Assembly (NCBI GenBank): GCA_963727095.1
Contig: CAVSEQ010000001.1
Span: forward strand, 18,083-82,082
DNA length: 64,000 nucleotides
Reading direction: 5' to 3'
DNA from: Candidatus Aminicenantes bacterium
GTDB taxonomy: Bacteria; Acidobacteriota; Aminicenantia; Aminicenantales; Saccharicenantaceae
In this document: positions 17,389 through 26,486 of the stretch, one piece after another
Layout of the letters: the number at the start of each line of letters is the position of its first letter
How positions within the stretch are numbered: position 1 is the stretch's first letter
Notes under the pieces: generated by a model
Told to the model about the DNA's origin: nothing
The model's database searches: none
Seen by the model: only the letters and a program-made list of their open reading frames with translations
Program-made: the position numbers and the translations under genes

Positions 17389-19617
17389 ATGAGACGAGCC
17401 ACATGTGTATCTGTCCTGGTTTTCATGGCGTGCGTGACCTTGTGCGCTCAGAACACCGAAGAAGAACAGATCGGGGAGGCTATCAAGGCTATTCGCAATA
17501 ACAATCTCCCCAGACTCCAGGAATTGATCTGGAACCCTAAAATCCTCAACAGCGTTGACGGTCACTACGGATACTCTCTCCTTCACTGGGCTGTCGATCT
17601 GCAAAGGGAAAAGATGGTGAGGATTCTCCTGGATGCGGGCAGCGATTTCGAGAAGAAGACTTCTTATCAAAAAGTCACGCCGTTGGAGCTGGCCTGCGGC
17701 AGGGGAAACGCCGTAATTTTCCGCATGTTGATCAGCAAGGGGGCAACCCTGAAGTCCCCCCAGTGGCTTGTCTTAGAGGCCGCCACCGGCGGGAGCGTGG
17801 AGATTATGACGTATCTGGTGGAAAAGAACCTCTCGCTCGACGTGCGGGACAGCCAGAACGAGAGTCCTCTCCACCGGGCTCTTCAGAACGGCCATCGGGA
17901 AATGGTCGATTTCCTGCTGAAAAGTGACAGGCGGCTTGGGGACGGGCCCTATCTTATCCACAGCGCTGCATACGGCGGGAAAATCGATTTGGTTGAGACA
18001 TGCCTGAAGCTTGGGCAATCGATCGATTCTCAGGACCCGAAAGGCTGGACTCCTTTGCATATCGCCGTGCTTGAGAAGAACATTCCGCTGGCCGAACACC
18101 TGATTGCGAGAGGAGCATCACTGAACATCAGGTCGAAGGAAACCTGGGAACGCCACGAGGATCACGTTCTGTTCCCGGACGGTTCCACGCCTCTCTATTT
18201 TGCGGTGTTGAATAATGACAGCCCGATGACTGATCTGATTATGGGAAAGGTTAGCAGGAAGGAGTTCGACCATGAGGTCGTGGCGCTTTTTTATTATACG
18301 CGCGTTTACGGCTATCGGAATTTATGCAAACATCTGATTGCCAGCTGTTCGGATATCAACGTCGGAGACGAGCACGGCTGGACCCTGTTGCACCAAGCGG
18401 CTTTCTGGGATGCCGACGAAGAGACAATCGGAATGATCCTCGACAGAGGCGGAAACCTCGAGGCAAATACGAGCGCGGTGTTCAAGGATTGGAGACGTTG
18501 GGAGTTCCCGGCTGGCTCCACACCCATGGACATCTCGCGCATTGTCGGCGGCCGGAATTTTCCAGTCGCATTGACAAAACGGGGGATCGCATCAGAGGAG
18601 CCGAAGGCATATAGATGGGGGCCGACGGCGAAGGGCCATCGAATCGAAGTCAGCCGGGACGGCTCGATCTGGCTCGTGGTTCCCATCGGAACGGTCTTCT
18701 ATACCGAGGGCGTCGAGAAGGCCTGGAAATCGTTCCCTCTCGAAAAAGAAGACAGAGTTTTCCCCCGCAACGTCTACACAGCGATCCATTGGTTCGACGG
18801 CCAGAAGGCCGTTGCTTGGGGCAGCCTCTTCGATGACGGAAGGTGTATTGTCAAGGTGACAGAGGACCGCGGGAAAAACTGGAATCCGAAACCTCTGGGA
18901 AGTTTGGTCACGATCTATGACGTTTTCAGCAACGCTAAGGGTGAAGGCTGGATGGGCGGGTCGACGGGCGAGATTTTTTATAGTCCGGACGGCGGCAGGC
19001 ATTGGGAAAAGAGGAACTCGCCGTTCGATCCTCAGACGCGCATGAACTCCATCTTTATGACCGATTCTCGCTCAGGGATCGCCGGCGCTTTGGCAGACGC
19101 TTTGTGCATAACTCGCGACAATTGGCGGACCTTTGAAAAAATCACCACTCCCCTCCGTCAGAGAAACGCTGATTTTCCCAAAATGGCCTATTCCGACAAT
19201 CGGTTTTTGCGAGTGGCCCAATGGGGAAAGTTCTATATCGTCAATCAGCGAGGAAGGGTTTATTATTCCCTGCGCGATCGCGTCGATTGGGAACCGTTCT
19301 CAGAAGACCTTTGTTCCTTTGCCATCGACCCGGTATCATCGCGATGCCTGGCCGTTACGAGCGGGCGTAAAGTGGTCGAGTTGATTTCTCAAGGCGACGA
19401 TATCCGGATTCGGGAATTGGCCTCGTCCTTACTTCAGGCGCTTCCGGTCGATATCAGAGCGTTGGGATCATCCTTATACGTTCTCGACGAGGAATCTTGC
19501 ATCTATAAAATTAATGAGAAAGAATTTATCAGGCGTCCGATTATGGTCGAGAGACAAGACCAAGACAAAACCCCGACGGCGGGGCCGACCTCAAAAGGCG
19601 CGCGTGGAGCTGGCTGA
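17389..19617 (+). CDS. Secreted ankyrin-repeat protein fused to a BNR/Ycf48-like beta-propeller domain
   Basis: ATG 17389 with GGAGG SD. Signal peptide MRRATCVSVLVFMACVTLCA. At least 7 ANK repeats (GYSLLHWAVDLQREKMVRILLDAGSD..., TPLHRALQNGHREMVDFLL..., WTPLHIAVLEKNIPLAEHLIARGAS...). C-terminal ~330 aa carry DGGRHW/NW-type propeller motifs. Region GC ~50%. Confidence 0.7.
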   Translation: MRRATCVSVLVFMACVTLCAQNTEEEQIGEAIKAIRNNNLPRLQELIWNPKILNSVDGHYGYSLLHWAVDLQREKMVRILLDAGSDFEKKTSYQKVTPLELACGRGNAVIFRMLISKGATLKSPQWLVLEAATGGSVEIMTYLVEKNLSLDVRDSQNESPLHRALQNGHREMVDFLLKSDRRLGDGPYLIHSAAYGGKIDLVETCLKLGQSIDSQDPKGWTPLHIAVLEKNIPLAEHLIARGASLNIRSKETWERHEDHVLFPDGSTPLYFAVLNNDSPMTDLIMGKVSRKEFDHEVVALFYYTRVYGYRNLCKHLIASCSDINVGDEHGWTLLHQAAFWDADEETIGMILDRGGNLEANTSAVFKDWRRWEFPAGSTPMDISRIVGGRNFPVALTKRGIASEEPKAYRWGPTAKGHRIEVSRDGSIWLVVPIGTVFYTEGVEKAWKSFPLEKEDRVFPRNVYTAIHWFDGQKAVAWGSLFDDGRCIVKVTEDRGKNWNPKPLGSLVTIYDVFSNAKGEGWMGGSTGEIFYSPDGGRHWEKRNSPFDPQTRMNSIFMTDSRSGIAGALADALCITRDNWRTFEKITTPLRQRNADFPKMAYSDNRFLRVAQWGKFYIVNQRGRVYYSLRDRVDWEPFSEDLCSFAIDPVSSRCLAVTSGRKVVELISQGDDIRIRELASSLLQALPVDIRALGSSLYVLDEESCIYKINEKEFIRRPIMVERQDQDKTPTAGPTSKGARGAG

Positions 19618-19798
19618 CGACGGGAGCGACATTGCCCTATGAGTGGGCCTGGAATTCGGACGCAGGCAGGCGCCGGATACATCGCCGATCAATCTCTTGC
19701 CGGCCCGCCGCAGCGCGGATACGGGGTCTTTGACCGCGGCCGGGACTGGTGATATTCTGATCGCCTATGACCGACACGATGCTCCGGAGAATTAGACT

Positions 19799-21943
19799 AT
19801 GAACAGGACAGCCGACCGAACAATGCGCGGTACGGCCGGGGCGCTTCTCTGGCTGACCGCGGCGCTCCTGCTCTTCTGCGCACTCCCCGCCGCCGCGGCG
19901 GAAGGGCCGTCTTTCCGGAACACCATCCTCGTCTATTGCGATCCGGACCGGACCTGGACCCCCGGAAGCTTCAATTATTACCTCGCCTACATCGACCGGA
20001 ACGGCGTTCCGAAGGATTGGCTTTTTGACGGGTTCCTTCTCATGGCCATCGCGGCGCCGTCCCGGAACAACTTCTGGGACGGCCTGGCCACTCCGGAGGA
20101 TTGGGACTGGTGGCTCGAACGCCTGTTCGCGAACAACGAACAACTTGAGGCTCTGGATCACGATGCCGGAGTCCTCAAAGGCTCTCTCGGAGACCCCGGG
20201 CCCAGAAAAATCATCATCTCCGTGCCGCGGCCGCCCGTCCGATCGACCCATTCCGAACAGCTCTCCGTCATCCGGAATTTCGCGGACCGCTGCATCGAGA
20301 AGTTCGCTGCGAAGAATTTCAGGAATCTCGTGCTCGACGGATTTTATTGGTTCTATGAAAGTGTCGAGGGGAAGGACGGCGAGCTCGTCAACGCGCTTCA
20401 CGCCCATCTCCATGACAAAGGGCTGCGCCTCTACTGGATTCCTTTTGACAATGGCCACACCAACAGAAAGCATGTCAAGGATTGGCAGGCCGGCACGCTG
20501 CGGCTGGACGGCCTCTGGCTCCAACCGAACTTTTTCTGGGCCGAGAGAGCCAATCACTATGACGAGCAGGACCTGGACGATACCGCGTCCTTCGCCCGAT
20601 CCGCGGGGGCGGGTGTCGAAATGGAATTCGACCACGGCGTTTACGCGTCGGGCTGGAAGCTCGGCCGTTACTCCCATTACCTGAATTCCGCCGGTGTGTA
20701 CGGCATCAGCGGTAAGCCGACCATTTTTTATGACGGGTACAAGGGCTACATCGCGTGCGGGGAGAGCCGGAACCCCGTCGAGAGGTCGATCTATGACGAC
20801 CTCTACTGGTATACACGGGGCATGTATCTGCCGAAAAACGTTATTTATCCCGGCAACTTCGCCGATATGGCCGGCGACATGGATTTTGGAGACAAGCCCC
20901 GCATCGGACTCTGGCTTGACAAAGGCAGCTGGTCCCGTCCCCCGGAGCGGCGGAACCTGGACAACGCCGAGCAGGTCTTTCTCGTCGAGCCCGATCCGGA
21001 CAAGGACTACCTGATCATTTTCCGATACAAGTCGAAAAGCATCTGTCGGCTGGAGGTCCAAACCGGCGGCCGATGGCTTGCCCTCGGAGGGCTGCGGTCC
21101 GATCGGCACACGCACGTCGGATACTTCAAGCTTCCGAAGGAGTTTATCCGGAAGGATTGGGATCCGCAAAAACCTCTCATCGTTCCGCTGAGATTCACGG
21201 GCGATGTCACACTCTTCGAAGGATGGGCCAGGCCGGACGATTCCGTCTTTCACTATTTGAAGGGGCGGGAGCCGATGCAGGCGGAGATCGGCCTCGACAT
21301 CCGCAGCGGCCTCCTCGCGCTCACGAACATTTTCGACGAGATGACCGTCGGCGTGAGAGTCGCCAATCGGAGCGGCAAAGCGGCGAGCCTGACAATGGGC
21401 AAAGGCGCCATGGGCGGGGTCGAGCGGACGATCCGCGCCGGCACGGAGGGCAAGGTCATGTGGAGCGAAGCCCTGCCCGATAAAAGCCACGAAATCAAGT
21501 TCAGGCCCGGCCTCGGCGTGGAGATTCTCGAGATCTGGGCGTTCCCCCCGGCCACGACTTTCCATCTCAGGGCCGGTTCGTCGGGAGATACGTGCGAAAC
21601 GATGCACATGCCCGGCCTGAGTCTCGTGCCGGACGGCAAGTGGAAGCTCAAGGGCCCCTTCGGGCTGAACTACCGGGAGGGGACACCCGGGGCCGCGCTG
21701 TCCATCGCGGCGCCTCCCTACGCCGGACGCTGGAGACTGACCGTGGCCGTGGATTCGGAGGGCGAGGGCCGCTTGGACATTTTTGAAGGCAGGGTCCTCC
21801 GGAGGAGCCAGCACATCGCGAAAGGCGCCTCGCAGCGTATCACCGTCGATCTCAAGGACGGCGACTACCGGGTGGTTTTCTCCGGGCCGGTGACGCTCTA
21901 CGATGCCTGGCTCGAAAGGCGCACAGCACGAGGGCCGGCGTGA
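19799..21943 (+). CDS. Hypothetical secreted protein, putative glycoside-hydrolase-like TIM-barrel (resembles DUF4855-type proteins) with C-terminal beta-sandwich region
   Basis: Signal peptide MNRTADRTMRGTAGALLWLTAALLLFCALPAAAA, with GGAGA SD. Conserved-looking core (FDGFLLMAIA..., VLDGFYWFYESVEG..., LYWIPFDNGH). The family assignment is from memory and is low confidence. Confidence 0.55.
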   Translation: MNRTADRTMRGTAGALLWLTAALLLFCALPAAAAEGPSFRNTILVYCDPDRTWTPGSFNYYLAYIDRNGVPKDWLFDGFLLMAIAAPSRNNFWDGLATPEDWDWWLERLFANNEQLEALDHDAGVLKGSLGDPGPRKIIISVPRPPVRSTHSEQLSVIRNFADRCIEKFAAKNFRNLVLDGFYWFYESVEGKDGELVNALHAHLHDKGLRLYWIPFDNGHTNRKHVKDWQAGTLRLDGLWLQPNFFWAERANHYDEQDLDDTASFARSAGAGVEMEFDHGVYASGWKLGRYSHYLNSAGVYGISGKPTIFYDGYKGYIACGESRNPVERSIYDDLYWYTRGMYLPKNVIYPGNFADMAGDMDFGDKPRIGLWLDKGSWSRPPERRNLDNAEQVFLVEPDPDKDYLIIFRYKSKSICRLEVQTGGRWLALGGLRSDRHTHVGYFKLPKEFIRKDWDPQKPLIVPLRFTGDVTLFEGWARPDDSVFHYLKGREPMQAEIGLDIRSGLLALTNIFDEMTVGVRVANRSGKAASLTMGKGAMGGVERTIRAGTEGKVMWSEALPDKSHEIKFRPGLGVEILEIWAFPPATTFHLRAGSSGDTCETMHMPGLSLVPDGKWKLKGPFGLNYREGTPGAALSIAAPPYAGRWRLTVAVDSEGEGRLDIFEGRVLRRSQHIAKGASQRITVDLKDGDYRVVFSGPVTLYDAWLERRTARGPA

Positions 21944-22099
21944 GCATCCGGCGCCGTTGCTTCGCAGGCCTGCTTTGCGGGCTCGAGAGTTCTCTTTGGC
22001 GAACCCCGGCAATCGCACTTTAATCCCTTTTGCGGGATTCCATGGATGTGAGACTGTAGAGCTTCAGTGATATTTGCTGGATTGGTCGAGAGGTGATTC

Positions 22100-25000
22100 A
22101 TGCGTAAAGGCGTTTCCCATAATTTTCGCATTCTTCCCTGCCTGCTTTCGGTATTAGTCCTGGCAAGCCTGTGTCCTACGATCCTTGCGATTTCTCCGGC
22201 GACGATAGGGAAGAACGGCCGCGATTATATGTACATTTGTACAGACGCCCGTGCGGGGGGCTATGAAGCGTTTCCGGACGTCTGCTGCCTGAATGACGGG
22301 CGGTTGATGTGTGTCTTTTATGCCGGATACGCCCACGTCAGCCTTCCCAGCGTCGCCTGGCCAAAGGGCGGAAGGATTTGTTTCAGTTTGTCCGGGGATG
22401 AGGGCCGCACCTGGAGCCGGGCACGAGTTCTCTATGACGGGCCCTACGACGACCGCGACCCGTCCATCGTCCAGCTTCGGTCAGGAAAGCTGCTCTGCAG
22501 TTTCTTTTCCCTTCGACAAAAGAAGGGTGACCCTGCGGCGTTTGACGGGTTGGGATCATGGCTCATCGAGTCGGATGACCTCGGAAAGACATGGTCCGCC
22601 CCGCGGCAGATCACGGCCGACTATTATTGCAGCTCCCCGATCCGCGTGCTTCCCGATGACCGGCTGATGCTCGGCCTTTACCGCGAGGAAAAAGACAAGA
22701 GCTGGGGAGCGGTCATCACGAGTGCGGACGGCGGCAAAACGTGGGGGCCGGTCGTGGACATTCCGAACGGCGGCTGGAAGCTCGACGCCGAAACCGACGT
22801 GATCGCCCGACGCGACGGAACGATACTCGCGGTCGAACGGGAGCCCGGGACCACGATGTGTTATTCGGTCTCAGGCGACGGCGGCCGGACCTGGAGCGTG
22901 TCGAAGCCGCTCGGCTTCCCGGGGCATTGTCCTTATCTCCTGCGAACTCGCGACGGCATGCTTCTCCTGGCCCATCGGCTGCCGCAGACATCCCTCCACT
23001 GGAGCCTCGACGACGGCCGGACGTGGAGCGAAAACGTTCTCGTGGATGACGTCATCGGCGCCTATCCCTCGATGGTCGAGCTCAAGGACGGTTCGATCCT
23101 GATCGTTTATTATGAAGAAGGCGTGGGCTCGAAGATCCGGGCCCGGAAATTCCGGGCCAGCGTTTCGGGCATCGAGTGGCTGTCCTTTGCCGATGGGCGC
23201 GTCGTCGAGCGGCCGGCTCTTCAACCGGGCTGGGCCGAACCTCCCGTCCGCGTCGCGATGGACGGCGGCCGCTGGAAGATCGCTGGAGAGCGGAGGACGG
23301 TCGAGGTCGATCCGGCCGGCCTACGCCTGGAGATTAAGTCCGGGAACGTGGGTTGGTCGACCTTCGCTTCTTCCGAAGGCGATTTGACGGTGCGGCACGC
23401 CGGCCGCGATTTCAAGCTTGCCCTCGCTTCCGCATCGGGGGTGAAGATTCTCCCGTTCCGGACGGGATTCCAGACCGGCGTTTCGATCGAGCTCACCGGC
23501 TACCGCGCCGCCGGTCAGCCCCTCGACCTCCATCTTGAGCTCTTCGTCGGGCTCGACGGCAAGGACGAGGACCTCGTCTGCCGCATTATCGCTTCGGACG
23601 GCAGCGACCGCGTCCGGGAGCTCCGCTGGCCGGCTGGATTCGAGCCGCCGGCATTCGACGCCACGGTCGTCCCGTTCATGCAGGGCATGCTCCTTCCCAA
23701 GGCCTGGACGCGCAAGGTCTGGCTCTACGACGAGCTTTCGTACGGCCGCGGGCTTTACATGCCCTGGTGGGGATACCAACAGGGTGGGGCGGCGGCGCTC
23801 GTCCTGCTCGAGACTCCCGACGACGCAGGTTGCTCCTTCGAACATCCGGCCGGCGGCCCGACCCGGATCGACGTGCGCTGGGTCCATTCTCTCGGCCGCT
23901 GGTCGTATCCGCGCCGAGTCCGGCTCTCGTTCATCGATCGTGGAAATTACGTCGACCTCGCCAAGCGTTACAGGCAGTACGCCGTTGCCACCGGGAACTT
24001 CGTATCGCTCAAAGAAAAGATCGCCCGCAATCCCTTGGTCGGAAAACTCGTCGGCGCTCCCGTCGTCCACACCAGCATCCTTTACCATATCCAGCCCGCC
24101 TCGAGCTATTTCGACAAGAAGGACCCGGCTAAGAACCACCAGCTCGTGACCTTCGATAAACGGGTTGAGGAGCTTCGTGCTTTGGCAGCCAAAGGGATCG
24201 GCCGCGCCTATGTCCACCTCGACGGCTGGGGCTTCCGCGGCTACGATAATCTCCACCCCGACCCGCTGCCGCCTTGCCCGGAAGCGGGAGGCTGGGACGG
24301 GATGAAGCGGTTCGCCGACGCCTGCGACGCCCTCGGATTCGTTTTCGCCATCCACGACCAGTACCGCGACTATTACCTCGACGCCCCCTCCTATAATCCG
24401 AGAAACGCCGTCGTCAACGACGCAGTCGTTGACGGCGACGGCATGTCGTTTCACAGCACCTGGTTCGGCGGGGCGCAGACCTATCTCTGTCCGAGTCTGA
24501 TTGCCGGGCACGTGGCGAAAAACCACACAGCGATCCTCGCCCACGGCGTCAAGATGCACGGCGCTTATCTCGATGTCTTCTCCGTCGTGCCGCCCGACGA
24601 ATGTTACAGCCTGGAGCATCCCGTCACTCGGGCCGAGTGTCTGGCCGACAGGGCCGCCGGTCTCGACTTCGTCCGCTCCTGGGGCGGCGTCGTTTCGAGC
24701 GAGGAGCCGACCGACTGGGCCGTGCCGCACATCGACCTCGTCCACCACGGCCCCTTTGCTCTCGACCCCGACCCGGGGCATGGACCGGCCATGGGCATTC
24801 CCGTGCCGCTATTCGACCTCGTGTACCATGACGCGATGTTGCTGCCGTGGTCTCTCGGAAAAGGAGCGTGGGGCATCCCGGAGACCGACCTCGGGTTCCT
24901 GCACGGACTCGGCCATGCCGGAATGCCTTACCTGTCGCTTGAGCCCTCAGACGAGGAACTGATACGTGTCAAGACGATGTGCGCGCTTAACGCCCGGGTC

Positions 25001-25153
25001 GCACTTCTCGAGCTCGTCAAGCATGAGTTCCTGGATGGGTCATATCGCCGGCAGCGCTTCACTTATGCCGATGGGACGGCGGTGATGATCGACTTGGACA
25101 GCGGGAAATTCGACATCACGCCTCCGCTCGACGTGCCGGGTTCGATCAAATGA
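22100..25153 (+). CDS. Secreted two-domain glycan-active protein: N-terminal BNR/sialidase-like beta-propeller fused to a large C-terminal putative glycoside-hydrolase (TIM-barrel-like) domain
   Basis: Signal peptide. Asp-box motifs SGDEGRTWS, SDDLGKTWS, SADGGKTWG, SGDGGRTWS, LDDGRTWS in the first ~350 aa. The C-terminal ~650 aa contain conserved acidic/aromatic blocks (HLDGWGFRGYDNLHPD, FAIHDQYRDYYLDAPSYNP). Confidence 0.65.
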   Translation: MRKGVSHNFRILPCLLSVLVLASLCPTILAISPATIGKNGRDYMYICTDARAGGYEAFPDVCCLNDGRLMCVFYAGYAHVSLPSVAWPKGGRICFSLSGDEGRTWSRARVLYDGPYDDRDPSIVQLRSGKLLCSFFSLRQKKGDPAAFDGLGSWLIESDDLGKTWSAPRQITADYYCSSPIRVLPDDRLMLGLYREEKDKSWGAVITSADGGKTWGPVVDIPNGGWKLDAETDVIARRDGTILAVEREPGTTMCYSVSGDGGRTWSVSKPLGFPGHCPYLLRTRDGMLLLAHRLPQTSLHWSLDDGRTWSENVLVDDVIGAYPSMVELKDGSILIVYYEEGVGSKIRARKFRASVSGIEWLSFADGRVVERPALQPGWAEPPVRVAMDGGRWKIAGERRTVEVDPAGLRLEIKSGNVGWSTFASSEGDLTVRHAGRDFKLALASASGVKILPFRTGFQTGVSIELTGYRAAGQPLDLHLELFVGLDGKDEDLVCRIIASDGSDRVRELRWPAGFEPPAFDATVVPFMQGMLLPKAWTRKVWLYDELSYGRGLYMPWWGYQQGGAAALVLLETPDDAGCSFEHPAGGPTRIDVRWVHSLGRWSYPRRVRLSFIDRGNYVDLAKRYRQYAVATGNFVSLKEKIARNPLVGKLVGAPVVHTSILYHIQPASSYFDKKDPAKNHQLVTFDKRVEELRALAAKGIGRAYVHLDGWGFRGYDNLHPDPLPPCPEAGGWDGMKRFADACDALGFVFAIHDQYRDYYLDAPSYNPRNAVVNDAVVDGDGMSFHSTWFGGAQTYLCPSLIAGHVAKNHTAILAHGVKMHGAYLDVFSVVPPDECYSLEHPVTRAECLADRAAGLDFVRSWGGVVSSEEPTDWAVPHIDLVHHGPFALDPDPGHGPAMGIPVPLFDLVYHDAMLLPWSLGKGAWGIPETDLGFLHGLGHAGMPYLSLEPSDEELIRVKTMCALNARVALLELVKHEFLDGSYRRQRFTYADGTAVMIDLDSGKFDITPPLDVPGSIK

Positions 25154-25195
25154 CGGTAAGCGCAACGCTGAGACCGCCGCATTCCGCGGCTTCGC

Positions 25196-26464
25196 TCAAG
25201 TCCGTTTCAACTCATCGAGAACGGCCAGGCTCGACTCAGTGATGATTTCCTCGAGGTCGGGCGTGAACGGGAACACCGTATAGAACATCGGGGCGCAATA
25301 ACAAGCGTAATCCCCGAGGTCGGCGAAAGCGCCTTTGCCGGGGAAATAGCCGATGTCTCCGTTCGCGTAACCGATCGGCACGAGAGCCGGATGGGTCTTC
25401 CTTAGATTCAGCCCAAATTGGGAAAAGACCTCCCCGGGCAGGCCGAGGATCTCGAGTCCACCGATGTGCGCGGCCTGGATGGGCACCCCGGCGACAAAGG
25501 GCTCTTTCATGAGGCCGCCATATTCCGAGCGCGCCTTTTTCTTCCATTCTTCGGCGAATCTGTCGGCCAGGGGAAAGCCGCTGTTCTTTTCGAGGAAGAG
25601 ATTGGCGACATCATCGATCTTGTCTTCGGGAGGCACGGCGAGGGGGACGCGGATCCTGCGTTCGACGGTCCTGATAGTTGGGTCAGTCGGCGTCTTCGCG
25701 TAGCAGCGGCTCTTCCGGGCCCGATCGGCGATGATGAAGCCATAAAGGGCAAGGTCATCCGGCGTCCCCTCGCCCCAACGATTGAGTTGGGTCACCGGGT
25801 CGATGTCGCCGCAGAAGCCTTGAAAGACGATCGCCCGCCTCCCGGTCTTTTCGAGTGCGCGAACCGCGGCGCCGGGCCAATCAGCGGAGACTTGAGTGCT
25901 CCGGCCCAGGATGACGGCGTGGCACGCATAGGACAGGAAAAGAATATCCTCGGTTTCGCGCTCGAAATAAGCGATCTTGAGGGTGGGATCGATGCCTTCA
26001 AAGGTGACGTTCGTGCGGTTGTATCCCAGCGGCTCGAGGGCCTCAAACGAGTAGGAAAATGCGGCTTCAGAGGCGTCCGAAACAGCTCGCACAGAGGCTT
26101 CGGCGATCGCCGCAGGCAAGGAAGCCATATACCCAGGATCCATTTCTCCGATTCCAGGAAGCGGCATGGTCGCCGGCCCGGTGTGTGTGTGCGTGCACGC
26201 GAGCAGGATGTTTGAACTCGGAACCTTCACGGCTTTCGAGATCTTTCCCCGGATCGCATCCGCGACGGCCACCGTGAAACCAACAAGGTCGCACGAGATG
26301 AGAAGGAGCTTCTGCCCATCGTTCTCGAGATAAAGGGCCCGGGCCTTGAGATCGTCGAGGACGGACATAGCCTTCCTTTCGAGATAAAAGCCGTATCCCG
26401 AAAGCTCGACGCCTATGGGCGGGGTGATGAGTGTCTCTCCGTACCCGGCCGTCAATTTTGCCAT
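25196..26464 (-). CDS. Neutral/alkaline ceramidase N-terminal-domain family hydrolase
   Basis: N-terminal block MAKLTAGYGETLITPPIGVELSGYGFYLERKAMSVLDDLKARALYL...LACTHTHTGP matches the conserved start of neutral ceramidases. 422 aa, catalytic domain only. GGAGGAG SD. Confidence 0.7.
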   Translation of the reverse strand: MAKLTAGYGETLITPPIGVELSGYGFYLERKAMSVLDDLKARALYLENDGQKLLLISCDLVGFTVAVADAIRGKISKAVKVPSSNILLACTHTHTGPATMPLPGIGEMDPGYMASLPAAIAEASVRAVSDASEAAFSYSFEALEPLGYNRTNVTFEGIDPTLKIAYFERETEDILFLSYACHAVILGRSTQVSADWPGAAVRALEKTGRRAIVFQGFCGDIDPVTQLNRWGEGTPDDLALYGFIIADRARKSRCYAKTPTDPTIRTVERRIRVPLAVPPEDKIDDVANLFLEKNSGFPLADRFAEEWKKKARSEYGGLMKEPFVAGVPIQAAHIGGLEILGLPGEVFSQFGLNLRKTHPALVPIGYANGDIGYFPGKGAFADLGDYACYCAPMFYTVFPFTPDLEEIITESSLAVLDELKRT

Positions 26465-26486
26465 GACTCCTCCAATCCTTTTCCCG

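Noticed and set aside
19637-22018. 793-aa minus-strand ORF overlapping the 19799-21943 gene
   Set aside because: Antisense to a gene with signal peptide and SD. Its product is Arg/Gly/Pro-rich with no domain structure. A high-GC artefact.
23321-24781. 486-aa antisense ORF inside the BNR-GH fusion gene
   Set aside because: Same reasoning: antisense open frame, no motifs, overlapping a strongly supported CDS.
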